A stretch of DNA of 64,000 nt from Bdellovibrionales bacterium (GTDB lineage: Bacteria; Bdellovibrionota; Bdellovibrionia; Bdellovibrionales; UBA1609). Where the stretch lies: NCBI GenBank assembly GCA_965200875.1, contig OZ241456.1, positions 1,376,001 to 1,440,000 on the forward strand, read 5' to 3'. The notes under the pieces are model-generated. The model had not been told where the DNA came from and did not search any database. It saw only the letters and a program-made list of their open reading frames with translations. Below are positions 20,802 to 30,492 of the stretch, piece after piece (within the stretch, counting starts at the first letter, position 1; each line of letters starts with the position of its first letter). The translations under genes and the position numbers were made by a program.

Positions 20802-20921
20802 TAGTCCGTGAAAAAGTATGTTATTTTCCTGGATTCCCGTTTTCACGGGAATGACTTCCCTTGGGAAGTTACATGAAAGAGGGGTGTGATAATTGAAACA
20901 CTAAGGCTTTTTCACGGGCGA
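20802..20921 (+). mobile_element. MITE-like palindromic repeat, family 1, complete copy A
   Basis: Inverted ends tagtccgtgaaaaag / ctttttcacgggcga; internal ATTCCC-N8-GGGAAT hairpin at 20833-20852; homologous copies elsewhere in the window. Confidence 0.75.
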
Positions 20922-22130
20922 ATAAACAGATTTTCTAGGTGGTTTATTACCTGAATCAGCCTCATCACTTTTTTCTTCCTTCTTAAGTGTATTTGACTTA
21001 AGTGCAGATGAACTGATTATACTTTTCCTCTGGTTTGATAAATCCGACAGATATTCAATGTCTTTTTTATATTCCTCGTAAGTAATCATCTTGTGACGAA
21101 TTTTTATTCCACTTGTCAGCTGGCTAGAAGAAGCCACTATATTTTCCTTTTGCAAAAGATCCCTTAATATTTCCTTATCTTTTGAATCAAAAAACACCGC
21201 TATCACTTCCGCACCCATAGCTCCACACCCTTTGGCTAAAACAACTGGTTTTAAACTTTCAATACGATTCAAAAACAACAGAGTATCCTCATGCACCAGG
21301 CCACGCTTTTTTAAACAAATTGAATATTCCTTTAAAGCGGAAATAAATCCCACCTTATCCCATCCATTTATACAAGCTGTAGCTTTTTTCGCCAAACCAG
21401 AGAGGTCGGAAAATTTTTTTTCTGACAAAATGTCCAAATGCGTATAAGTATTCAACTTTGTATTTGTGCGAATAAGAAAAAAATCCAAATCAGGAAAAGG
21501 CCAACCGATGGATCTTGCAGAAAAAGGGGCGAAAGAAAATAAACACACTCCTCCCAACCATTGCGAAACCACATCCGCACCTGATGGCTTTTGGCCTTTA
21601 AATTTTAGCCCTCTATAGGCACTCCATAGTTGAAAAAAACCGTCTTTCAATAAAGAAGTGTCTTCCTGTGTTCCCCTTGAATCCTCATTTTCCATCAGAA
21701 AAAAACCTTTTGGACTCTGAATAATTTTAAACCCGGTCTGATTTAACAAGCTATTTAATACCTCACACTCTTTAAGAGCACCCCTCTCCTTTTTATATCG
21801 CATTTTTAAAAGCTGTCCTAATAAGTACACAAGGTCAAACTGAACACTGGAAAAGCCAAACCCTCCTTTTCCAAAGTAAGGATCCTGATATTCAATATGA
21901 TAATTTTTGCTGATTTCAGGATACCGCTCAAGCCACTGACCTGCCGGACTTTGTAAATGAAACCCCTCTTTTGACTGTTTTATTTCTTTATTACCTGCTT
22001 TTTCGGTCACAAAAAACTGAAATCTCGGTTCGGTATTAACTAAAATGGCTGGCGCGCCTTCCAAAACAGCGTACTCACCTGTGAGAAAAGTTTTACTGGG
22101 AAAAGAAATATTGTATCGTAAAACCTTCAC
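20901..22130 (-). CDS. GHMP kinase of the mevalonate pathway (mevalonate or phosphomevalonate kinase)
   Basis: PSKTFLTGEYAVL, GFGFSS, SGAD and KGCGAMG GHMP motifs; next to HMG-CoA reductase. Confidence 0.8.
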   Translation of the reverse strand: MKVLRYNISFPSKTFLTGEYAVLEGAPAILVNTEPRFQFFVTEKAGNKEIKQSKEGFHLQSPAGQWLERYPEISKNYHIEYQDPYFGKGGFGFSSVQFDLVYLLGQLLKMRYKKERGALKECEVLNSLLNQTGFKIIQSPKGFFLMENEDSRGTQEDTSLLKDGFFQLWSAYRGLKFKGQKPSGADVVSQWLGGVCLFSFAPFSARSIGWPFPDLDFFLIRTNTKLNTYTHLDILSEKKFSDLSGLAKKATACINGWDKVGFISALKEYSICLKKRGLVHEDTLLFLNRIESLKPVVLAKGCGAMGAEVIAVFFDSKDKEILRDLLQKENIVASSSQLTSGIKIRHKMITYEEYKKDIEYLSDLSNQRKSIISSSALKSNTLKKEEKSDEADSGNKPPRKSVYSPVKKP

Positions 22131-22137
22131 TTTTACT

Positions 22138-23670
22138 TCATCTGTTGTTTATCCATTTCTTGGGTTTGGATTTTAATTCCTGTAAGGTGGCCAAAGCTTT
22201 TTGCTTCTGCTTGTCTTTTATTTTTTTAAGAGTCTCCATATTACTGATTTTAAGCTCTTTTAAAACCGCCAATGCCTGTTGTTGATGTTTGTCTCTGATT
22301 TTTTTAAGAGCTTCTTCAGCATGATCCCATGTTTTTTGTCTTAAAATTTTAAGAGCTTCCACCGCCTGAGAAAGAGAAATACGATTTTTAAAGCCGAAAA
22401 TAATTTCCAGATGTTTTTGAATCACCGGAATCTCCCAACCTTTTGCTCCTGCTCCCAAAGTAAGATTTTGAATATGAAGTTTCATGTGCCCTTCAATAAT
22501 ACCTACAGTGGTGAGTGCTCGCAAAGCACCCAAATTTTGCACCAATCCCACGCCAGCACAAATACGAGACAAGTCGTCAGCTTGTTTCACCTCAAGCATT
22601 TTCAAACACATTTTAGCTGTAGGGTGCAGACGAGTCATGCCTCCCACTGTGCCCAACATTATAGGAGCTTCGAAAAAACCATATAATTTATCCTGTTTTA
22701 CCCTCCAGCGGGTAATTGGTTGGTATTGCCCTTTACGAGCAGAATAAGCATGCACACCAGCGGAAACAGCTCGCCAGTCGTTTCCTGTTGCTATTAACAC
22801 AGCATCAATGCCATTCATCACTCCTTTGTTGCTGGTAGCGGCTCTATAAGGATCTGCCTCCGCAAACAGAGAAGCTTGCTCAATTTTGTTCATTAACTGC
22901 GGATCTATACCTGACATCACTACTTCTGCCGTCGTCAAACGACTGTCAGACATGTTGGAAACAATACAAACAGACACCTCTTCGTCAGCTGTGGATTCAA
23001 TCAAAGTTCTTAAATATTCACACACTTGATTGACAATATTAGCACCCATTGCATCACAAGTATCCACTATTACATGAACCACTGCCATCTTCTCTGTAGA
23101 AGATTCCACATTTTCCGGCGAGGGAAGACATCGCACTGTAAAGCCAATAACTCCACCTCCTCTTTTGCACATGGAAGAGACCACATCTTCATGTATCCTA
23201 TCTATCCATTCTTTTTCGTGCTCCTGAATAACTCTTTTTAAATTTTCAAAGTTTTTTACTCTATTAATTTGGATCTGACCTATCACTCCCGCTCCTTTAA
23301 CAGCGGTTTTAATATAACCGTGTTCACTCACCCATCGGGCGGTTTTACTGGCCGCCGCAACAATGGAAGTCTCCTCCACAGCCATAGGAATGACTGTTCT
23401 TTTTCCGTCAATACAGAAATTGGTGGCCACTCCCAAGGGAATTTGAAAGTAACCAATAACATTTTCTATAAATTTTTCCGCCAAATCAGTTTTCTTAATT
23501 CCCCCAGACTTTAAATATTTAATATCTGATTGAGTAAGAGCACCCATTTTTATTAGACGAGAAAACCTCTCCGCCATTGTCAGACGAGAAAAACCCTTAA
23601 ACAGGTTTTCTCTTTCTTTATTTGTTATTTCTGTGTTGTCGGGATTTTTGATTTTCTGTGAACTGGCCAT
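22138..23670 (-). CDS. mvaA: Class II HMG-CoA reductase
   Basis: ENVIG, DAMGAN, NKGVMNG, GNDWRA, GTVGG and GHMKLH motifs. Confidence 0.95.
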   Translation of the reverse strand: MASSQKIKNPDNTEITNKERENLFKGFSRLTMAERFSRLIKMGALTQSDIKYLKSGGIKKTDLAEKFIENVIGYFQIPLGVATNFCIDGKRTVIPMAVEETSIVAAASKTARWVSEHGYIKTAVKGAGVIGQIQINRVKNFENLKRVIQEHEKEWIDRIHEDVVSSMCKRGGGVIGFTVRCLPSPENVESSTEKMAVVHVIVDTCDAMGANIVNQVCEYLRTLIESTADEEVSVCIVSNMSDSRLTTAEVVMSGIDPQLMNKIEQASLFAEADPYRAATSNKGVMNGIDAVLIATGNDWRAVSAGVHAYSARKGQYQPITRWRVKQDKLYGFFEAPIMLGTVGGMTRLHPTAKMCLKMLEVKQADDLSRICAGVGLVQNLGALRALTTVGIIEGHMKLHIQNLTLGAGAKGWEIPVIQKHLEIIFGFKNRISLSQAVEALKILRQKTWDHAEEALKKIRDKHQQQALAVLKELKISNMETLKKIKDKQKQKALATLQELKSKPKKWINNR

Positions 23671-23949
23671 TGAAAAAACTCCATTCTATAGTGTTCAACA
23701 TTTTAGATATTTGCCAATCACCAATACAGGAATATTTTTAAGCATAAGTGGAACAACAAATAACATAAATAACCACATTGTTTCATACTTTATCCTGAAA
23801 AATAAACAAAAATCAGAAAAAATACATAAATTTAATCTGTTTTTGGTCTTTTTCATCTGATAAACCTATTCCTGATATATCTCCACTCCTGATATATTTC
23901 TGATTATCCTGAAATATCTTGTGCCCAATATCTTTATATATTTCTGAAT

Positions 23950-25008
23950 CTACTGATTTTTCCATTTCCAGGTTTTAAGATTTTTCATATCTTTTATATC
24001 TTTGCAACCGGAACAAAATAAAGCAATTTTCAGCTCATGTTCCAAACGAACCATTACTTTCTCCAGTGCCATATCCCCTTCCAAAGCTGATTGAACAATA
24101 GGTCGCGCCACTCCTATTCTGTCTGCTCCCAAAGCCAGTGCTTTCGCAGAATCGCAACCATTACGAATGCCACCGCTGGCCCATATTCCATAATCCTTCT
24201 GCACTTCACGAGCAAAAAGCAAAGAATCCACAGTGGAAATGCCCCAGTTCTTAAAGGCTTTTGCTGTTCCATACAAAATATGCTCTTTGCTGGTTCTGTT
24301 GCCTTCAATTCTTCCCCAATGTGTGCCACCATATCCACTTACATCCACAGCAAAAAGTCCTGTTCCCACCAAACTTTGCAATGTTTCCTGTGAAAAACCA
24401 CAACCTGTTTCTTTTAATATAACAGGGACAGATAATATTTCACATAAATTCTGTAAAGCTTTCAAGCCCCCTTTAAATTGAGGAGTACCTTCTGTCTGAA
24501 GGGCTTCTTGCAATGGGTTGGTATGCACCACCATAGCGTCAGCCTTTAGTGAATACACCATCTGTTCCATTAAAGACACTTCGTGCTTAATCATCTGGGA
24601 AAGACCAATATTACCAAGTAAAACCAAATCAGGATATTTTTGACGAATTTCCTGCCACTCTTTTCCAGCTGAAGGATCAAATATTTGCCTCCTTTGAGAA
24701 CCTGCTCCCATAATCCAACCTCTTTTTTCGCAGGCTTGTGCAATACTGTTGTTGATATTTAAAGAACCTTCCCAACCCCCTGTCATACCTGTAACTACAA
24801 AAGGAGTTTTTAGAGTTTTGCCGAAAATCTGAGTGGATATATCCACTTCCGAAAAGTCCATTTCAGGCAGTGCAGAGTGCATTAATTGAATAGCCTGAAA
24901 ACCGCTATAGCCGAGGGCTTCGTTTTCCTCTTTCAAAGATAAGAAAATATGATCTTTTTTTCGATGGGCAAATTCAGATTTTTTACTGAGTGTTGATTGT
25001 TTTTTCAT
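23950..25008 (-). CDS. fni: Type 2 isopentenyl-diphosphate delta-isomerase
   Basis: RKKDHI, MTGG, GSQR, NPLQE, KETGCG and GGT motifs. Start taken at MKKQ (25008). Confidence 0.95.
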   Translation of the reverse strand: MKKQSTLSKKSEFAHRKKDHIFLSLKEENEALGYSGFQAIQLMHSALPEMDFSEVDISTQIFGKTLKTPFVVTGMTGGWEGSLNINNSIAQACEKRGWIMGAGSQRRQIFDPSAGKEWQEIRQKYPDLVLLGNIGLSQMIKHEVSLMEQMVYSLKADAMVVHTNPLQEALQTEGTPQFKGGLKALQNLCEILSVPVILKETGCGFSQETLQSLVGTGLFAVDVSGYGGTHWGRIEGNRTSKEHILYGTAKAFKNWGISTVDSLLFAREVQKDYGIWASGGIRNGCDSAKALALGADRIGVARPIVQSALEGDMALEKVMVRLEHELKIALFCSGCKDIKDMKNLKTWKWKNQ

Positions 25009-25375
25009 TACCTGACGGTTTCCCCGAACTGGCTCCCAAAGCTTTTTGAACCAGATGTGAGAAACCACTGGAGTCCCGCACAGCCATATCTGCCAGCATT
25101 TTTCTATTTATATGAATATTGGCTTTTTTCAAAAGTCCAATAAAAGTGGAATAATTCATATTATTAAGACGCGCTGAGGCATTAATGCGTTGGTTCCATA
25201 GTTTGCGTTGCTCCCGTTTTAAACGCCGGCGATCACGATACTGATAAGCCAAAGCCCTGTCACTTTTTTCCACTGCCACCGTAAAACAGCGACTATTTGC
25301 CGAATAAAACCCTTTGGCTCTCTTTAATATCTTTTTATGCCTTTTTCTTCTTACACTACCTGTTTTAACTCTCAT
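24983..25375 (-). CDS. rplT: 50S ribosomal protein L20
   Basis: MRVKTG...RHKKILKRAKGF, YRDRR, LWNQRINA and NRKMLAD motifs. Confidence 0.97.
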   Translation of the reverse strand: MRVKTGSVRRKRHKKILKRAKGFYSANSRCFTVAVEKSDRALAYQYRDRRRLKREQRKLWNQRINASARLNNMNYSTFIGLLKKANIHINRKMLADMAVRDSSGFSHLVQKALGASSGKPSGNEKTINTQ

Positions 25376-25572
25376 GATTTCAACTCCAGTTTTAAATATG
25401 TATATAAAGTAGTACAACACTGCTTTAAAAATAATCAATACTGCTACTGTTTTAGAGCAACACAAATTACATTTACTGTGTTACCATAAAGTTTTTTCAC
25501 AGAGCACTAAAAAGAGAACAAAGCTGTAAAACCTTATAACTTTCTTGGCGAATATTCATCACATCTGAAAAA

Positions 25573-25761
25573 TCAACCAGCCCCCAACATCTTTTTTACT
25601 TCAGAGGTAAAAGAAGGGGACACATAAGCCGTTTTGCCAAGATGACGCTTTCTTTTCGAAGATTTATTAACCAACAAATGGCGAACATATCTTTGTTTTC
25701 TCTTCACTTTGCCACTGGCCGTAAGACGAAATCTTTTTTTTGCGCCTGAATGTGTTTTCAT
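25573..25761 (-). CDS. rpmI: 50S ribosomal protein L35
   Basis: [21 protein letters not shown] signature; upstream of rplT. Confidence 0.96.
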   Translation of the reverse strand: MKTHSGAKKRFRLTASGKVKRKQRYVRHLLVNKSSKRKRHLGKTAYVSPSFTSEVKKMLGAG

Positions 25762-25805
25762 TTATCCACTCCAAAAAACAAAAGTTTGCAAAAAAAGTAA
25801 CTTGG

Positions 25806-25949
25806 TCGTCCGTGAAAAACCCCAGTGTTTCAATTATCAACACTTTTTTTCATGTACTTTCCCTTGGAAACTAAAAACCAAGTTGTTAGCTTTTAGTCCC
25901 TTGCAGGCGGGAATCCAGTCAAAATAACATACTTTTTCACAGAGGACTA
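25806..25949 (-). mobile_element. MITE-like repeat, family 1, complete copy B with an extra internal hairpin
   Basis: Aligns end to end with the reverse complement of copy A (cgtgaaaaa...gtgtttcaattatca...gggaatccag...aaaataacatactttttcac). Confidence 0.75.
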
Positions 25950-26171
25950 CTCACTATTACCAGAAACACAAAAACAAGCAAGTGATTTTTTGCAAATTCT
26001 GATTTTAAACCAGCAATTTCTATTCTCTTATTCCGGGAGTTTTACAAAAACAAGCGACTGAAAGCCAGTTCTAACTGTTTTTTACTCACATTGGCTTTTA
26101 TTTCTTGACTTTTTACCACCCCCCGTTAGTCTTAAATGATATTTTTTTGCAAATTAACAAGGAGATTTTTT

Positions 26172-27287
26172 ATGAAACTGATGAAATTTATAATAGTGAC
26201 AGGTTTTATTTTTATTTTGAGAGAAGTTTTTTTCCAAACCAAAAACAGTCTTGTAAAGATTCCACACTGTAATAATTTTGTTCTGAAAACTACACTGGTT
26301 TTATTATTTTTAAGCTTATTTTCTTTAGGTTGTGAAAAAAAAGATGCAGGTGCTCAAACAGAAGCGGGTGCTCAAACAGAAGAAGAAGATATAAAAGTAT
26401 TGGAGGATCTAAAAGCAAAAGATTTGGAATCGATAGAAGATAATTTGAAAGATCTGGATGCTAAACTTAGCAATGAGAATTTAAAACCCGATGAGCGTCA
26501 GGAGATAGAAGGACAGAAAGAAGTATTAGAAATCGAAAGGACCGCTTTAAAAAAAATGAATATAGGTCCTTCAATGTTTGAAAGACCCACTCCTCCCCGT
26601 GCAAACACTCAACCGGAAACAGGTGCTCAAACAGAAGCAAGTACTCAACCGGAAACAGGTGCTCAAACAGAAGCGGGTGCTCAAACAGAAGCAAGTGCTC
26701 AACCGGAAACGGGTGCTCCAGTATGTAATATCGATAATTATAAAGAATATATATATAAGCCTGGCGACCATAATTGCAATTTAGCAGGTGTGAATTTTAT
26801 TAAAAGGTGGTTTTTGCTTAGGCCGAGTTTTCGCGGAGCAAATTTTCGCGGAGCAAATTTGCAAGGGGTGATTTTGACCGGGACGAATTTGATAAACGTG
26901 GATTTTACCAGAGCAAATTTGTCCGATTCGATGTTGCGCCGAGTACATGCGCTCAGTGCGAAATTTACCAATGCGAATTTAAGCAATGCAATTTTGAGCT
27001 TTGCGAATTTGTCTAGGGGGGCAAGTTTTACCGAAGCGAATTTAAGCAATGCGAATTTGTCCAATGCAAATTTGAGCGATGCGATTTTGCAAAGAGCGAA
27101 TTTGCGCAATGCAAATTTATACAGAGCAAATCTACGAAGGGCAAATTTAATCGAGGCGGATCTGCGGGGAGCGAATTTTACTAGAGCAAATTTGAGTGGA
27201 GCAAATTTTACTAGTGCGAAAGTTGATCCAGACTTGGCGACTTATTTAACCTCAAAAGATATAAGTGGTTTTGTTGTTGTAGAATAA
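26172..27287 (+). CDS. Pentapeptide-repeat lipoprotein (paralogue 1)
   Basis: Lipobox-like FSLGC, AQTEAG/TQPETG linker repeats, A(N/D)LxX pentapeptide repeats. Confidence 0.88.
   Translation: MKLMKFIIVTGFIFILREVFFQTKNSLVKIPHCNNFVLKTTLVLLFLSLFSLGCEKKDAGAQTEAGAQTEEEDIKVLEDLKAKDLESIEDNLKDLDAKLSNENLKPDERQEIEGQKEVLEIERTALKKMNIGPSMFERPTPPRANTQPETGAQTEASTQPETGAQTEAGAQTEASAQPETGAPVCNIDNYKEYIYKPGDHNCNLAGVNFIKRWFLLRPSFRGANFRGANLQGVILTGTNLINVDFTRANLSDSMLRRVHALSAKFTNANLSNAILSFANLSRGASFTEANLSNANLSNANLSDAILQRANLRNANLYRANLRRANLIEADLRGANFTRANLSGANFTSAKVDPDLATYLTSKDISGFVVVE
26605..26718 (+). repeat. 18-bp coding tandem repeat (TQPETG / AQTEAG)
   Basis: About six units such as actcaaccggaaacaggt and gctcaaacagaagcgggt. 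Confidence 0.9.
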
Positions 27288-27362
27288 TTTTTTTACTTTG
27301 GTACTTATATCAACCCTATTGCTTTCTCCATAATGGTTGTATCCACTACCACTGTCTTAAGA

Positions 27363-30300
27363 TCACCTCGCTTTAGCATACCTTCTCTCACGGATTTCTT
27401 TTATCTCTTTTTTTAGTAAAGCGTTTTCTTTTTTGAGCCGAGCTTGGTCTTGTTGTAAAGTTTTTATTAGTCGGCTTTGTTTCTGAAGGGTTTGTGTAAA
27501 GCTTTCCATAAGCTGATTTTGTTCTTGGTCACTTTCTGTAAGCTTATCCACCTTAACAAACAGGTTGTTTATTTGTGCTTTTATTTTGCTTTGAAACTTT
27601 TTAAACGCTGACACCAGCCAGGGGATTAGCTCTGTGTATCTGATTGTAAAAAAACCTTTCCGGTCTTTTTCCACCACTTCCGGGATTGTGTCTTTTACTT
27701 CCTGTGCAATAAAACCAAAGTGTTTTCCTTTCCGGGAATCTGCGTTTTTCCATTTAAAGCTATAAGGCTTTAATTGGTTTATCTTTTCCAGCGGTGTTTC
27801 AAGGGTTTTAAAATCTTTTTTAAGTCGTTTGTCAGATGATGATTGTAAAGAGGCATAAAGGTTATTAGCCTCAAGATTATTGTTTATGGCCACCCATTCC
27901 TCTTTTGCGTTTCCTTCAATTAAACCTTGTATCCAAAGGTAATTTGAATTGTTACTCATAAGCTCTTTCTCTTTTTCATTGGAAAAAGAACCTATAAGAA
28001 TATTGTGATTGTTTTTTTCAATAGAAGTGGTACTCCAATTACTGTTGCCATTTCCATAGGCTTTTCTTTTTGTACGATTCCCGGCTTTAAGAATTATATT
28101 ATTGTTACCGGTGGTATTTTTTCCTGCTTCATACCCTATGAAAGTATTATGTCGTCCACTTCCACTTTCCTTTCCAGCTTCATGTCCTATAAAAGTATTT
28201 CCATCGCCTGCGGCGTACTTCCCACTATCTGCACCAGCCATGTACCCTAAAAAAGTATTATCGTACCCGTACCGGTTGTGTTCCCCTGCCGAAAAACCTA
28301 TCATAGTGTTTTTGCTTTGGAGATTACTATATCCGGCTTCATACCCTATATAAGTGTTATGATTACCTGTTTGGTTTTTTTCTCCTGTCTTGTATCCCAT
28401 AGCAGTATTTTCTATACCTGTGGTGTTGTCCTTTCCTGCGTGATAACCTATAAAAGTATTTTCCTCACCGGTGGTGTTTTTCTCTCCGGCATAATAACCC
28501 ATAAAGGTATTTTCCCGCCCGGTGGTGTTAGCTTGTCCCGCGTTGTATCCTATAAAAGTATTCTGCCCGACTAGGTTTTGTGTACCTGCCCTATAACCCA
28601 TAAAGGTATTGCGCTCGCCATTGATATTATGAAAACCCGCAAGGTGACCTATAAAAGTGTTGCTTTTCCCTATAGTGTTACTATTACCTGCTTGATATCC
28701 TATAAAGGTATTTTCCCAACCGGTGGTGGTATTATGTCCGGTTTCAGCTCCAACAAAAACATTTTTATTCCCACTGGTATTATTATACCCGGCTTCAGAT
28801 CCTATAAAGGTGTTTTTGTCCGCTTGGTTATTATAACCAGTTTTCCACCCTAGAAAAGTGTTGTTATCTCCAGAGGGTTTGTTATATCCAGATTGAAAAC
28901 CCACAAAAGTATTGTTGTGTCTAGTGGTTTTATAACCTGCCTGATAACCCATAAAAGTATTGTTGTTTCCAGTACCACATAAATAACCTGCCGCCGCTCC
29001 TATAAAGGTATTATTCCCCGCCGTTGCGGTCTTTTCCCCGGCATTGTTGCCCATAAAAGTATTACCACTGCCACGGGTGTTGTTCTTTCCAGCCATAGAA
29101 CCTATAAAGGTATTACTGTTACCCTCATTGTTTTTTTTTCCAGATTCAAAACCCACAAAAGTATTATTCACACCTGTTTGGTCAGGTGTTCTGGTAACGG
29201 GTGGTGTTGAATAGCTTACTATAATGCTGGTGGCGTCTCCATGCCCGGCCCGTGTTCCTACAAAAGTATTTTGATTACCAGTGGTGTTTAGATGACCAGC
29301 ATAATTCCCTATGAATGTGTTGTTACTCGCAGTGTTGTATCTTCCTGATTGACCACCTATAAAAGTATTCCCTGACCCTGTAATATTGTCTTGACCAGCT
29401 CTCCCCCCCACAAAAGTATTTTCATTTGGAGTTGTGTTGTTTCGTCCGGCCCGGTGGCCAATAAAAACATTAAAGTCCCCTTCGGTGTTGTTCTCACCTG
29501 CCCAAAGACCTATGAATGTGTTGTCATATCCGTCTGTGTTGTCATAACCAGCCCTGTGCCCTATGAAGGTATTACCCGTTTTTATGGTATTTGAAAAACC
29601 AGCCAGAGTACCTATAAAAGTATTAAAATAACCTGTCGTGGTGGCTGTCCCTGCCTTATATCCCATAAAGGTATTTACATGGTTGTTGGTGCTGGCCACT
29701 TCATTAACACTTGCACCCGCTCCAAACCCGATAGCGGTTGTCCGGCTCTTTGCAATAGCATTTGTTCCCCCACAGCCAATTAAGGTACGGCCTTTACTAC
29801 CAGTCAGATTTGCAGTTGTGTCGTCTTGATCATCCACCCGGAAACAATCTATGTCGGTTTTAACCAACCTTCCACTTGCACACCCAATGGATTTGCACTT
29901 GTCGCCTGTATTATCACAAGCGGAATTAGTGCACTTATATTTCATATTGCAAGAAAAGGAAAAACACCCTGTTTGATTTGTGGTTGTGCAGGAAGACCTG
30001 TTAACTGTCGCATATTCTCCTAAGTTAGGTTTTTTGTAATAAACTGTTAAGATTCTTTCTTCAGTGTCAGTGTTTGTCGTGTCCGGGTCTTTAAATTCCA
30101 TTTTCTGAACTTCAACAAAACCACCCTGGAATGCTTGAAAAGGGGGTGAGGTCGCAGTTTTTGCGAAAACCACATTTAAATTTCCGTCCGTCAATCTTTT
30201 AAAACTTTTAACTGTTGTACCGGTAACCCTATCTATGGCTGTTGTATGAATATTCTCTACACACTTAAGCCTTCTTTCCAATAGCTCTTTTACTGTACTC

Positions 30301-30476
30301 TTTAGGGCAGATTCCTCTATATTTGTTTGTACCACTTTAGACTTATTGACAGATATTTCAGTCAGTTTTATTAAACCAGAACCTACTGCTAACAATAGGC
30401 CACTTGTTAGTAGAGTCTCAATCAAACTCCAACCGGAATTATTGTTTTGTAGTTTTAAAATATGTTTTTTTTTCAT
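27363..30476 (-). CDS. Pilin-like N-terminus + NTFIGxxAG repeat fibre + peptidase S74 chaperone + coiled coil (putative pilus-associated tail-fibre-like adhesin)
   Basis: SG|WSLIETLL class III signal, about 30 roughly 17-aa NTF(I/M/V)GxxAG repeats, SDKRLKK...GFIAQEV S74 signature. Start at 30476 after an SD-like gagga. Confidence 0.85.
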   Translation of the reverse strand: MKKKHILKLQNNNSGWSLIETLLTSGLLLAVGSGLIKLTEISVNKSKVVQTNIEESALKSTVKELLERRLKCVENIHTTAIDRVTGTTVKSFKRLTDGNLNVVFAKTATSPPFQAFQGGFVEVQKMEFKDPDTTNTDTEERILTVYYKKPNLGEYATVNRSSCTTTNQTGCFSFSCNMKYKCTNSACDNTGDKCKSIGCASGRLVKTDIDCFRVDDQDDTTANLTGSKGRTLIGCGGTNAIAKSRTTAIGFGAGASVNEVASTNNHVNTFMGYKAGTATTTGYFNTFIGTLAGFSNTIKTGNTFIGHRAGYDNTDGYDNTFIGLWAGENNTEGDFNVFIGHRAGRNNTTPNENTFVGGRAGQDNITGSGNTFIGGQSGRYNTASNNTFIGNYAGHLNTTGNQNTFVGTRAGHGDATSIIVSYSTPPVTRTPDQTGVNNTFVGFESGKKNNEGNSNTFIGSMAGKNNTRGSGNTFMGNNAGEKTATAGNNTFIGAAAGYLCGTGNNNTFMGYQAGYKTTRHNNTFVGFQSGYNKPSGDNNTFLGWKTGYNNQADKNTFIGSEAGYNNTSGNKNVFVGAETGHNTTTGWENTFIGYQAGNSNTIGKSNTFIGHLAGFHNINGERNTFMGYRAGTQNLVGQNTFIGYNAGQANTTGRENTFMGYYAGEKNTTGEENTFIGYHAGKDNTTGIENTAMGYKTGEKNQTGNHNTYIGYEAGYSNLQSKNTMIGFSAGEHNRYGYDNTFLGYMAGADSGKYAAGDGNTFIGHEAGKESGSGRHNTFIGYEAGKNTTGNNNIILKAGNRTKRKAYGNGNSNWSTTSIEKNNHNILIGSFSNEKEKELMSNNSNYLWIQGLIEGNAKEEWVAINNNLEANNLYASLQSSSDKRLKKDFKTLETPLEKINQLKPYSFKWKNADSRKGKHFGFIAQEVKDTIPEVVEKDRKGFFTIRYTELIPWLVSAFKKFQSKIKAQINNLFVKVDKLTESDQEQNQLMESFTQTLQKQSRLIKTLQQDQARLKKENALLKKEIKEIRERRYAKAR

Positions 30477-30492
30477 TTTATTTTCCTCTTTG

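Noticed and set aside
23870..23917. Three TCCTGA(T/A)ATAT motifs between fni and mvaA
   Set aside because: Short, irregular spacing (17 and 20 bp); no function can be supported.
28080..29690. Long run of roughly 51-bp repeats resembling a CRISPR array
   Set aside because: They are degenerate, in-frame coding repeats of the fibre protein.
27363..30476. Prophage suggested by the tail-fibre/S74 gene
   Set aside because: No capsid, terminase, integrase or other phage genes nearby; the gene has a pilin-type leader.
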